Positions 35,300-44,709 of a stretch of DNA of 62,035 bases are shown piece by piece. A program made the translations under genes and the position numbers. Source of the stretch: an uncultured Candidatus Saccharibacteria bacterium (GTDB taxonomy: Bacteria > Patescibacteriota > Minisyncoccia > Phycocordibacterales > JAACPR01); contig CAYYEF010000002.1 of NCBI GenBank assembly GCA_964470825.1, forward strand, positions 1 through 62,035, read 5' to 3'. The notes beneath the pieces are model-generated. The model was not told the origin of the DNA. It did not search any database and saw nothing but the letters and a program-made list of their open reading frames with translations. Position 1 is the stretch's first letter. Each line of letters starts with the position of its first letter.

Positions 35300-35875
35300 A
35301 TGAAATACCTAGTCTTTGACATAGAAACTCGTAACACTTTTGAACAAGTTGGATCTGACAAGCCTGAGGATTTAGATGTATCTGTAGTTTCTATTTTTGA
35401 TTCAAGAGACAATTCCATGAAAACTTTTGAGCTAGATGAATTGGATAAAGCTTGGTCTATTTTTGAAAATATTGATTTTATTGTTGGTTTTAATTCAGAT
35501 CACTTTGATATACCAATTCTTAATAAATATTACCCTGGCGATTTATTAAAAATAAAAAGTATTGATTTATTAAAAGATGTTAAAAATTCTTTTGGTCGCA
35601 GAATTAAACTCGATAATATTGCTGGTGCAACTCTTGGTAAAAATAAAATTGGTCATGGTCTAGATGCTATTAGATGGTGGAACGAGGGTAAAATAGATTT
35701 AATTAAAAAATATTGCGAAGAAGATGTTTACATAACACGCGATGTTTTTCTTTATGCCTTAGAAAATAAAAAACTTTTTGCCACAGATCGTGATGGACAA
35801 AAAATTGAAATTAAAATAGATACAAGCAACTGGAAACCCGATCAAAAAGAGCCTGAAATTCAAAGCCTGTTTTAA
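35300..35875 (+). CDS. DEDD-type 3'-5' exonuclease (RNase H-like fold, PolB-exonuclease-related)
   Basis: ExoI FDIET, ExoII GFNSDHFDIPIL, ExoIII YCEEDVYITRDV. Confidence 0.75.
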   Translation: MKYLVFDIETRNTFEQVGSDKPEDLDVSVVSIFDSRDNSMKTFELDELDKAWSIFENIDFIVGFNSDHFDIPILNKYYPGDLLKIKSIDLLKDVKNSFGRRIKLDNIAGATLGKNKIGHGLDAIRWWNEGKIDLIKKYCEEDVYITRDVFLYALENKKLFATDRDGQKIEIKIDTSNWKPDQKEPEIQSLF

Positions 35876-36660
35876 AAAACTGTCACAAAAATAATTATAA
35901 TAGCCAGAACTATTCTGTAATAAGCAAAAACGTCCATTTTATTATTTTTCAAAAATCTAACTAGAAAATGTATTGCGAGTAATCCAACAATAAATGAAGT
36001 TAAGGCTCCGATAATTAATTCAAAAGAATGTTCATTAACATATCCTATTTGCTGCAAATCAATCAATTTTTTAAGACCGCTGCCCATTAGAACTGGCAAG
36101 GCTACTATGAAACTAAATCTGGTTGCTATTTCCCTATTTATTCCAGAAAATAATGCGCCGGAAATTGTCATACCTGATCGTGACATTCCAGGAACAAGAG
36201 CAAGGGTTTGAAATAATCCTATATAAAATGAATTTTTGAGATTTAAATTGTGCCTATTTTTATACATCTTTTCTGCCAAAAGCATTATTATAGATCCAAA
36301 TATCAAGGTACTCGCTACAAGCAATGGGTTTCTAAAAATAGTATCCATGTATTTTTCAATTAAAATACCAACAATCACAACAGGAATCGATGCTACGATA
36401 ATTTTATTAAATGTAATTGAGTTATCTGATAAATGTTTTCTCTGAAAAAAATTCTTTGTGATATTAATAATATCTTTATGAAAATAAATTAAAATAGCAA
36501 AAGTTGTTGCAAGTTGTAAAATAGCATCTACAGCCAAACCATAATTTCCTTCAAAATTTAAAAAGCTTCTAAAAAGAATTAGGTGTCCTGAGGAAGAAAC
36601 TGGTAAAAATTCTGTTAAACCTTGAACTGCTCCTAATATGATTGTGAAAATTAAATTCAT
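35872..36660 (-). CDS. uppP: undecaprenyl-diphosphate phosphatase
   Basis: BacA motifs GLTEFLPVSSSGHL and PGMSRSGMTI; 7-8 TM helices. Confidence 0.94.
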   Translation of the reverse strand: MNLIFTIILGAVQGLTEFLPVSSSGHLILFRSFLNFEGNYGLAVDAILQLATTFAILIYFHKDIINITKNFFQRKHLSDNSITFNKIIVASIPVVIVGILIEKYMDTIFRNPLLVASTLIFGSIIMLLAEKMYKNRHNLNLKNSFYIGLFQTLALVPGMSRSGMTISGALFSGINREIATRFSFIVALPVLMGSGLKKLIDLQQIGYVNEHSFELIIGALTSFIVGLLAIHFLVRFLKNNKMDVFAYYRIVLAIIIIFVTVF

Positions 36661-36666
36661 GTTATA

Positions 36667-36672
36667 ATTTTA
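36667..36672 (-). promoter_or_regulatory. -10 box TAAAAT, 6 nt from uppP ATG 36660 (leaderless-type)
   Basis: read on minus strand; lies in the 23-nt spacer shared with the divergent dsbA-like gene. Confidence 0.4.
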
Positions 36673-36683
36673 AATCATAACAT

Positions 36684-37388
36684 ATGTTAAAAAAGCAAAC
36701 TAATCAAAATTTATTATTTCCAGCAACCATTATTATTATCGGTATTATTATCTCAGCAGGAATTTTGATTTATAGATCAAACCTTAAACCAAATCCGGAT
36801 GAAATAAATAAAAATATTCCTCAAGAAATTGGAATTAAACCCATAACAAGCGAAGATAAAATTTTAGGTAATCCAAATGCTGACGTAATTATTGTGGAAT
36901 ATTCAGATTTTGAATGTCCTTATTGTAAGCTTTTTCATTCAACTATGAATGACATAATGTATGAATATGGAAGAGAAGGAAAAGTAGCTTGGATATTTAG
37001 ACATTTTCCATTAGAAGCACATAAAAATGCAAAAGGTGCTGCAATTGCTTCTGAATGTGTATATAGAATTGGTGGTAATGAAAAATTCTGGCAATATTCT
37101 AATTTCCTTTTTGCTTCTTCTACAGATATTCTAAGTAAAGAAAATTTAGAAAAAATTGCAGTTGAGGAACTTTCAATCAATAAAGATGTTTATAATCAAT
37201 GTCTAAATAATTCAGAGGTTATTGCTAAAATTGAATCAGATACTGCTGACGGTAAATTAATTTATGAAAATGACCCGAATTTTGGAACACCTTATAGTTT
37301 TGTAATTACTAAAACAGGTATTCAAACAAAAATAATAGGGGCACAACCTTTTATAGAAGTAAAAAGTCTAATTGACAAGTTCATCTAA
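36684..37388 (+). CDS. membrane-anchored DsbA-family thiol:disulfide oxidoreductase
   Basis: N-terminal TM; thioredoxin-fold active site FECPYCK. Confidence 0.85.
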   Translation: MLKKQTNQNLLFPATIIIIGIIISAGILIYRSNLKPNPDEINKNIPQEIGIKPITSEDKILGNPNADVIIVEYSDFECPYCKLFHSTMNDIMYEYGREGKVAWIFRHFPLEAHKNAKGAAIASECVYRIGGNEKFWQYSNFLFASSTDILSKENLEKIAVEELSINKDVYNQCLNNSEVIAKIESDTADGKLIYENDPNFGTPYSFVITKTGIQTKIIGAQPFIEVKSLIDKFI

Positions 37389-37397
37389 ACCGAAACT

Positions 37398-40394
37398 TTA
37401 TTTAGGTTGAGGCAAGTTACAAAATTCACAATCTTTTTTACCACACTTTTTATTCCAGAATTCTAAATTGTAAATTTCGTTAGCTACTTTTTTAATTTGT
37501 GCTTCTAATTCAAGAACCTCTTCATGAGTTGGTTTGAAAGAATACATTTCAAATTCTTGTTTATCACCACCTGTAAAATGTAGACGCATTTCTTTGATTG
37601 GTAAGTCTTTATATTTTGAATTAGCCAGTAGCATTTTATAGAAAACTAATTGGCGATAATAATCACCTTTTTTGTCGCCGGTTTTACCCAAAATTTCATT
37701 TACGGTCTTTACTCTCCCTGTTTTATAATCTACCACCACCAAACCATCTGGATAAATAATAATATGATCGAAAATACCTTTTAATTTAAGACTTTTTTCA
37801 GGAGTAAATTCAATAGCAATATTACTCATTTCAGCTTCTGAAATAATTTCTTCTGATCCAGGATAATTAATCATTTGAATAATACCATTTGAATTATCAA
37901 GACATTTTTGCAAAAGTGCTTGGCGATCTTCTAAACTTAAATCTGATTTTTCAATTTCGCGAGAAACAAAATCTGTGTATATTTTTTCTTTTTCAGACTC
38001 TGCGGCCATTAAATTTTTAGAAAGTTCTGAGATGACACCATGAATAATATTTCCGTAGACCTGTTCTTTGCTATAAGTAGCAGGAATTCTAATCAAGTTT
38101 CGATAAAAATATTCCCAAGGACATGATAAATAATTATTTAAAGCACTGACCGAAAAAGAAGTGTTCAAAAATAGCTCACGCAAATATTCTTTGTCTTGCT
38201 CGGAAGTAATTTCATTACTTTTAAATTTTGCCTGCAAAATTGGCATTAAATCAATCTGGCGACTTGGCATAATATTTAAATGATTCTCATCAATTTCTTC
38301 TAGGAAAACAGAAGGTAACAATTCATCACCTTTTTCATTGTAATCTGCGAGCGACAAATTAATTTCATTTCGTGCGCGAGTCATAGCCACAAAGAGAAGT
38401 CGACGTTCGTCCTCAATTTCAGAATCTTTTGTGAAATCACTTTCATTTCCATAAGGCAAAATAAATCGATCACCCTTTGAACCCTTGCCCCAAATGCGAC
38501 TTTCTAAATGAGGAATGAAGACATAATCAAATTCTAAACCTTTGGAACCATGCGCCGTCATTAGATTAACGCCTTTTGTAAGATAATTTGTTTTGTCTTT
38601 AATTTCAATATTATATCTCTCCAGACGATCAAGATGATTATTAAAATCGGCAATTAAATAAAGTTTCTTTTGTTTAGAAGCTTCACGCAATTCATTAAAG
38701 AAAACATTTATTTTTTGCAGACGTTCTAAAGACAAATCGCTATGTAAAACTTCATCCAAAATTTTCAAATCATTCAAAACCTGCACAAAAGTTTTTACTC
38801 CACTTTGAATTTTGGCCAGCTTGGAAATTTCAAAAATATTTTTAGCAAAGTCTGAAACTTTTTCTATTTCAGCTACGCGAATTTTTTGCAAAAGTTTTTC
38901 ATCAGAAACAATAGAGAAAATAGAAATTTTATTTTTACCAGCATGACTAATAATTTTATGTAAATCAGTCGTATTATTTCGTAACAAACTAGCAAATAAA
39001 ACATTAGAAATGGCCACATCATTATTCAAATCAACCAACACTTTAAAAATGTCGCGTAAATTGCGAATATCATAATCTTCTAACAAATTTTTATTAGTTT
39101 TAATAGAAAATTTCACTCCGAAACTTTCTAAATATAGAGCCAGATCATTAGCCTCTGCATGATTACGATAAATAATGGCAATTTCCTCGGCTGGCACCCC
39201 GCTTTCAATTTTAGTTTTAATATTTTGAGCAATAGAATAATTTTCCTCATCAACATTAGTAAATTTAGTAAAGTTTAGAGCCGGGCCTTTTGAATTTCCT
39301 ATGAAACTTTTTAATTCCACAAAAACATCGCTTTCGATTTGATTATTTTTAATTAGACCAAAAGACGCATCTAAAATTTGTTGATTAGAACGATAATTGT
39401 CTTTGAGTTTTATAATTTTGGCCGAAGGAAATTTTTTCTTGAAATATAAAAAGTTTTCAAGAGAAGCACCTTGGAATCTAAAAATAGCCTGCTTCTCATC
39501 TCCTACAATAAATAAATTTGGATTATCGTCAAAGCTAGTTAACACTTCCAAAATTTGATTTTGAGCAGAGTTAGAATCCTGATGTTCATCAGCCAAAATA
39601 AATTGAAATTTTTCTTGTTGCAACGCCAGAAGAGTGTCGTCGGATTTTAACTTTTCCAAAACATTCAAAATCATATCGTCGAAATCGTAAATTTTTCTCG
39701 ATAATTTTTCAGCCTCGAATTGTTTATAGAATTCAGCCAACTCAATACCTTTTTTGGCTTTATCAATTTCTTTTAATGCGACGGCTTTTAGTTTTTTTTC
39801 ACCTTTAGCAACACCGCGAGTTGTATAATTTGAATCATCAGATTCAATATCTTTAATTATTTTCTCTTGATGTTTTTTATATTGCTCTGGACCATATCCC
39901 TCTTTTTTTAAATGAGTAATAGCATTCTTTATGGGTTGAACATAATTATATTTATCACCAGAAGGCTTGATCATAGACCATTCGCCCCGATCAATTAAAT
40001 CTTCAATCAATTCAATAATTTGCGCATCAGTAGCCTGCTCGCTAGAAATAATTTCTGGAAAATATTCGGGGTAGCTTTTTATCAAACTATTACAGTATCC
40101 GTGGAAAGTTGTAATGGTAATATTGTGTGCTTCTTTACCAATAATTTCGAGTAATTTTTTCCGCATTGAAATTACCCCTGCTTCGGTAAAAGTAATAGCT
40201 AAAATTGATTCTGGGCCTGTATCAGCCTTATTTAAGATATTAGCAATTCTAAGCGAAAGAATGGTTGTTTTGCCTGTTCCAGGGCCAGCAATAACCATCA
40301 CTGGGCCATAGATAGTGTCTACAGCCTCACGTTGATCAGGATTAAGCTGCCCATAACGCTTTTCAAATATGGCGTTTGAATTTTTACCACTCAT
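37398..40394 (-). CDS. UvrD/PcrA-type SF1 helicase fused to C-terminal Cas4/AddB-type PD-(D/E)xK nuclease with Fe-S cysteines
   Basis: Walker A AGPGTGKTT, DEHQD, later SF1 motifs; nuclease core DHIII...VVDYKTG; Cys pattern C(x)n...CGKKDCEFC. Confidence 0.88.
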   Translation of the reverse strand: MSGKNSNAIFEKRYGQLNPDQREAVDTIYGPVMVIAGPGTGKTTILSLRIANILNKADTGPESILAITFTEAGVISMRKKLLEIIGKEAHNITITTFHGYCNSLIKSYPEYFPEIISSEQATDAQIIELIEDLIDRGEWSMIKPSGDKYNYVQPIKNAITHLKKEGYGPEQYKKHQEKIIKDIESDDSNYTTRGVAKGEKKLKAVALKEIDKAKKGIELAEFYKQFEAEKLSRKIYDFDDMILNVLEKLKSDDTLLALQQEKFQFILADEHQDSNSAQNQILEVLTSFDDNPNLFIVGDEKQAIFRFQGASLENFLYFKKKFPSAKIIKLKDNYRSNQQILDASFGLIKNNQIESDVFVELKSFIGNSKGPALNFTKFTNVDEENYSIAQNIKTKIESGVPAEEIAIIYRNHAEANDLALYLESFGVKFSIKTNKNLLEDYDIRNLRDIFKVLVDLNNDVAISNVLFASLLRNNTTDLHKIISHAGKNKISIFSIVSDEKLLQKIRVAEIEKVSDFAKNIFEISKLAKIQSGVKTFVQVLNDLKILDEVLHSDLSLERLQKINVFFNELREASKQKKLYLIADFNNHLDRLERYNIEIKDKTNYLTKGVNLMTAHGSKGLEFDYVFIPHLESRIWGKGSKGDRFILPYGNESDFTKDSEIEDERRLLFVAMTRARNEINLSLADYNEKGDELLPSVFLEEIDENHLNIMPSRQIDLMPILQAKFKSNEITSEQDKEYLRELFLNTSFSVSALNNYLSCPWEYFYRNLIRIPATYSKEQVYGNIIHGVISELSKNLMAAESEKEKIYTDFVSREIEKSDLSLEDRQALLQKCLDNSNGIIQMINYPGSEEIISEAEMSNIAIEFTPEKSLKLKGIFDHIIIYPDGLVVVDYKTGRVKTVNEILGKTGDKKGDYYRQLVFYKMLLANSKYKDLPIKEMRLHFTGGDKQEFEMYSFKPTHEEVLELEAQIKKVANEIYNLEFWNKKCGKKDCEFCNLPQPK

Positions 40395-40402
40395 TAAAAG
40401 AG

Positions 40403-40411
40403 ATTATATCA
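40403..40411 (-). promoter_or_regulatory. extended -10 TGaTATAAT, 8 nt from ATG 40394 (leaderless-type)
   Basis: read on minus strand. Confidence 0.45.
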
Positions 40412-40444
40412 TCTATTAATGAATTTAAAATAAAAGATTTTTAT

Positions 40445-40789
40445 CTAAATTTTATTACATTTATTACAAATACCTTTTACAATAATATCTATTAGAGAGA
40501 AATTTTTAACTTTATTTTTATTGAAGGATATTTCAATTTCATCAACTTTGCCACACTTATTACAAATTACATGATCATGATGATTTTTTAGATTATTTAT
40601 TTCATATTTTACATTATCTTTATCTAAGACAACTTTTTTTATTTTTTTTTCAATAACTAACTTATTTATATTTCTAGAAATAGTTGAAAAATCAGCATTT
40701 AAAAAATGATTATGAATCTCATTAATACTTAAAAGATGATTCTTCTCAAGCAAGTTTATGATTTTTTCTTTGTATATATTTTTTCTCAT
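40445..40789 (-). CDS. zur: Fur-family metalloregulator, probably zinc-responsive (Zur)
   Basis: winged-helix N-domain, HHDHVICNKCGKV and CNKCNK metal sites; divergent from a ZIP transporter; ATG 40789 preferred over the TTG at 40861. Confidence 0.75.
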   Translation of the reverse strand: MRKNIYKEKIINLLEKNHLLSINEIHNHFLNADFSTISRNINKLVIEKKIKKVVLDKDNVKYEINNLKNHHDHVICNKCGKVDEIEISFNKNKVKNFSLIDIIVKGICNKCNKI

Positions 40790-40812
40790 ATTATGCAAGC
40801 TACTTGCATAAT
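40790..40812. promoter_or_regulatory. candidate Zur/Fur operator: perfect 10-3-10 palindrome ATTATGCAAG-CTA-CTTGCATAAT
   Basis: read directly; abuts the zur ATG and lies about 50 nt upstream of the zupT ATG in the divergent control region. Confidence 0.55.
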
Positions 40813-40862
40813 CTATCAATTTTTGATACAAATGTAAAGTATTTATAATTAAATAAAACAAT

Positions 40863-41603
40863 ATGATATTAATTTTTTCCTTTATAAGCGTGCTAATAGT
40901 AAGTCTTGTTTCTTTTATTGGAATATTAGGTATTTCTATAAAAGAAGCTTTGCTTAAAAAATATGTTTTTATTTTCGTTAGTTTAGCTGTTGGTGCCCTA
41001 CTCGGAGATGCCTTTATTCACATAATTCCAGAAGCAATTGAAGAGCTTGGTAATTTCACTCTAGTTTCTCTTCTAGTTATAGCTGGTATATTCTTATTCT
41101 TTATATTAGAAAAATTAATGCATTGGCATCACCACGAACTTGATGAAGAACACCATATTCACCCGGTTGGAAAAATGATTCTTCTTTCTGATGGTGCTCA
41201 TAATTTAATCGACGGTATAATAATAGGAGCAAGCTACATGATAAGTATTGAAGTTGGTATCGCAACTACGATTGCTGTTATTCTTCATGAGATTCCACAA
41301 GAAATTGGAGATTTTGGAGTATTGATTCATGCAGGATATTCAAAAATAAAAGCATTGATGCTTAATTTTATGTCAGCGCTAACTTCAGTAGCCGGAGTAG
41401 TGATCGTTTTCTTGGTTGGTGAAATAGCAGAATCATGGATTATGTGGATACTACCAATTGCTGCTGGTGGTTTTATTTATATTGCAGTCGCTGATCTAAT
41501 TCCAGAACTTCATAAGGAGAAAAATAAATTATACTCAATTCTACAAGTTGTTATTGCGGTAATGGGAGTTGGTATAATGGCTTTATTACTAACACTTGAA
41601 TAA
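40863..41603 (+). CDS. zupT: ZIP-family zinc/metal transporter
   Basis: 8 TM helices; His-rich loop HWHHHELDEEHHIH; HEIPQEIGDF signature. Confidence 0.9.
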   Translation: MILIFSFISVLIVSLVSFIGILGISIKEALLKKYVFIFVSLAVGALLGDAFIHIIPEAIEELGNFTLVSLLVIAGIFLFFILEKLMHWHHHELDEEHHIHPVGKMILLSDGAHNLIDGIIIGASYMISIEVGIATTIAVILHEIPQEIGDFGVLIHAGYSKIKALMLNFMSALTSVAGVVIVFLVGEIAESWIMWILPIAAGGFIYIAVADLIPELHKEKNKLYSILQVVIAVMGVGIMALLLTLE

Positions 41604-41611
41604 ATTTATTA

Positions 41612-41650
41612 TAAAAAATGCCCCATTTTATCTTGGGGCATTTTTTATTT
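41612..41650. terminator. bidirectional intrinsic terminator between zupT and rpoD
   Basis: 8-bp stem ATGCCCCA / TGGGGCAT flanked by an A-run and a T-run. Confidence 0.7.
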
Positions 41651-41656
41651 TAACCT

Positions 41657-42928
41657 CTAGTAATTCTTCAACTTATCAGAGTCTGGATGTTGGCGAATTT
41701 TTTCATGAGCCTTGGCTTCAATTTGTCGAATACGTTCACGGGTCACACCAAATTTCTTTCCTACCTCTTCCAAAGTATGTTGAACTCCATCAGCAAGTCC
41801 ATGTCTCATCTCTAGAATCTTTCTTTCTTTTTCTGAAAGACTGCCCAAAATCTTTTGAACTTGATCGCGTAAAATTCGACGAGAAGCATCTTGATCAGGA
41901 CTTGAAATTTTATCATCAGCCAAAAAGTCTCCTAGAGTAGACTTTTCATCACCATCATCTCCTACTGGGCTTTCAAGTGACACAGTACTTTGATCGATTT
42001 TTTCAATGATATAAATTTTATCTACCTCTACACCCATCTCAATAGCAATTTCTTCTGGCATAGGTTCACGTCCTAAATCTTGAGAAAGTCTTCTATAATA
42101 TTGTTTATATTTTGCAATAGTTTCTACCATATGCACTGGAACACGGATAGTTCTTGATTGATCGGCTAATGCACGAGTGATTGCTTGTCGCACCCACCAA
42201 GTAGCATAAGTAGAAAATTTATAACCCTTAGTCCAATCAAATTTATCTACTGCCTTGAATAAACCAAGGTTACCTTCTTGAATTAAATCAAGCAAAGTTA
42301 AATCAGGACTTCTACCTACATATTTTTTAGCAATAGAAACAACAAGACGTAGGTTTGCTTTGGCTAGTAAGTTTTTAGCTTCTTCATCACCAGCTTCAAT
42401 TCTTTTTGCTAAATCTTTTTCTTCATGAGCCAAAATCAAAGGATATTGTCCAATCTCTTTTAAATACATTTGAATTGAATCATATTGGGAAGCATTTTTT
42501 CCATATAAATACTTTTTCTCAAGATCTTTATTATCCATTTCAAGCAAACCTCCCCCTTCTAAAACATCAATAGCGGCTGTTTGTAATTTTTCATACAACT
42601 CACCAAGAAAAACAAGATCCAGCTCAATATTTGGAAATTCTTTTAGAATTTGATCATATGTTACAAAACCTCGTTCGCGTCCCTTAGCGACAAGTTTATC
42701 TGCTCTTTGTTTCCAATCTGCTTTTGAATCTTTTTTAGAAGCTTTAGGATTTTTTACTGATGGTTTCTTTGCTACTTTTTTTATTGAAAAATCTTTATTT
42801 TTTTTAGCAGCTTTATTTACTGCAACTTTTTTCTCTTTTAGAGTTTTTGTTTTTTTAGGTAGTGCTTTTTTTGAAGCAACTTTTTTTACTGTCTTTTTAG
42901 TTTTTAAATTTGTTTTTGTTTTCGGCAT
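41657..42928 (-). CDS. rpoD: primary RNA polymerase sigma factor (sigma-70 family) with Lys-rich N-terminal tail
   Basis: regions 1.2-4.2 present ([58 protein letters not shown]); dnaG-rpoD synteny. Confidence 0.95.
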   Translation of the reverse strand: MPKTKTNLKTKKTVKKVASKKALPKKTKTLKEKKVAVNKAAKKNKDFSIKKVAKKPSVKNPKASKKDSKADWKQRADKLVAKGRERGFVTYDQILKEFPNIELDLVFLGELYEKLQTAAIDVLEGGGLLEMDNKDLEKKYLYGKNASQYDSIQMYLKEIGQYPLILAHEEKDLAKRIEAGDEEAKNLLAKANLRLVVSIAKKYVGRSPDLTLLDLIQEGNLGLFKAVDKFDWTKGYKFSTYATWWVRQAITRALADQSRTIRVPVHMVETIAKYKQYYRRLSQDLGREPMPEEIAIEMGVEVDKIYIIEKIDQSTVSLESPVGDDGDEKSTLGDFLADDKISSPDQDASRRILRDQVQKILGSLSEKERKILEMRHGLADGVQHTLEEVGKKFGVTRERIRQIEAKAHEKIRQHPDSDKLKNY

Positions 42929-42991
42929 ATATAACCTGTGCTTAATTATAAATCATTTTTTTGTTAATAAAAATCTTTTTCAACTTTTTTC

Positions 42992-44680
42992 TTATCCAGA
43001 CAAATCAGTAATAATTTTTGAGATTGAATCTATTTCTTTTAGAATTTTTTTAATTTCTTCATCGTCATTTTTTTTCTCTGCTTCTGAAATTGTTATTTTT
43101 AATTTTAATCTTTTATTCTTTAAAGTTTTAATTTTATAGTTATAAAGAGATTCCTCTATTTCTTTATCTATTTTTTTCTCATCTATCTTCTGAGAATCAA
43201 TATAGAAAATTAACTGATCTTGAAATTCTTTATTTTTCTCTTTGAGAGTTTCAAGTTCAATCACATCCAGAAACTCTAATAACTTTTTTTCATAGAAAGA
43301 TAATTTTTCTGCTAAATTTCTATTTTGAATCCAAAAATATAATCCTATTATTTGTTTTTCTGTTAAATCTTCAACTGTTTTTTCCATATCAACAGCAGAA
43401 GTGGTTTTTATTTCTGTTTGACCAGTTTTTTTATTAACTTCTCTCCAAATTATTTCTTCTTCAACATTAAATAATTCTTTGAGTTTTTTAATATAATGAG
43501 CTTTTTCAATTTCACTGTTTAATTTTGAAATGTATGGAATAACCTCCTTATTAATAGCTGAAATTAATTTTCTTGGTTCACTCTCAACAGATTTAACATT
43601 CTCAATCATGTAATCAATAATTGGAACAGAGTTTTTAATAACTTCTACCCATTCTTTTTTTGATTTTTTAATCAAGTCTGCAGGATCACTACCGCTTGGC
43701 ATTTTGGCAATCTTAATATCCATTCCTAATTCAAGAGCCATTTGCCAAGCACGCTCTGAGGCTTTAATTCCAGCTTTATCAGCATCATACGCAATAATCA
43801 AACGATTTGATATCTTACGAATCATTTCTAATTGTTCTTCGGTCAAAGCAGTTCCAGAAGATGCTACTGCATTTTTATATCCAGCTTGATGTGCCAAAAT
43901 AATATCAACCTGACCTTCCACTAAAATAGAAAAGTTATTTTTTCTAATAGCAGTCTTTGCAACATTGAAGCCGTACAAAATTCTAGATTTTGTAAACAAT
44001 TCCGTTTCAGGACTATTAACATACTTAGCTTCTTTTGAGTCTGTTGAAAATAAACGTCCAGTAAAGGCCACTGTTCTACCAATCGAATCGAAAATCGGAA
44101 ACATGATTCTGTTTCTAAACCGATTATAATATCCTGTTCCAGAATCACGTTTCTTAATTAATCCAGTTTTTTCTATATCTATTTCTTTAAAATTTTTGCT
44201 TTTTAAAAATAAATATAAATCATCCCAAGATTCATTAGCAAAACCGATTGACCATTCTGAAATAGTTTCCTCTTTTAGACCACGATCTTTTAGGTAGCCA
44301 TAAGCCTTTTTGTTTTTATCAAGATTTTTTTGATAAAAGTTTTTAGCCTCTTCTAAAATTTCATATAGGACTTGATTTTTGGCTCCTTCATTTTTTGTTG
44401 AGAGTGTAACTCCGGCTTTTTGTGCCAATTGTTTTAAGGCGCCATAAAAATCAAGACCTTCAAATTGTTCAACAAAAGTAAAGATATCTCCTTTTGCCCC
44501 GCAACCAAAACAATAATAGCTACCACGATCTGGTGAAATATAGAAAGAGGGAGTTTTTTCATTATGAAAAGGACATCTGGCTTTTAAATTTTTTCCAGCC
44601 TTTTCAACTTGAATATAGCTAGAGACAACCTCTTCTATACTCAATCTTTCTTTAATTTTTTCTATATCGTTTTGGGACAT
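42992..44680 (-). CDS. dnaG: DNA primase
   Basis: Zn-ribbon CPFHNEKTPSF...CFGCG, TOPRIM EGQVDIILAHQAG...DADKAG. Confidence 0.94.
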   Translation of the reverse strand: MSQNDIEKIKERLSIEEVVSSYIQVEKAGKNLKARCPFHNEKTPSFYISPDRGSYYCFGCGAKGDIFTFVEQFEGLDFYGALKQLAQKAGVTLSTKNEGAKNQVLYEILEEAKNFYQKNLDKNKKAYGYLKDRGLKEETISEWSIGFANESWDDLYLFLKSKNFKEIDIEKTGLIKKRDSGTGYYNRFRNRIMFPIFDSIGRTVAFTGRLFSTDSKEAKYVNSPETELFTKSRILYGFNVAKTAIRKNNFSILVEGQVDIILAHQAGYKNAVASSGTALTEEQLEMIRKISNRLIIAYDADKAGIKASERAWQMALELGMDIKIAKMPSGSDPADLIKKSKKEWVEVIKNSVPIIDYMIENVKSVESEPRKLISAINKEVIPYISKLNSEIEKAHYIKKLKELFNVEEEIIWREVNKKTGQTEIKTTSAVDMEKTVEDLTEKQIIGLYFWIQNRNLAEKLSFYEKKLLEFLDVIELETLKEKNKEFQDQLIFYIDSQKIDEKKIDKEIEESLYNYKIKTLKNKRLKLKITISEAEKKNDDEEIKKILKEIDSISKIITDLSG

Positions 44681-44709
44681 TTATTTTTATAATTTACGTC
44701 CGCAAATTT

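Noticed and set aside
42704-42928. Periodic A-rich repeats that looked superficially like a repeat array.
   Set aside because: The region is in frame with rpoD and encodes its Lys-rich N-terminal tail. It has no spacer/repeat structure. I found no CRISPR-like array anywhere in the window.
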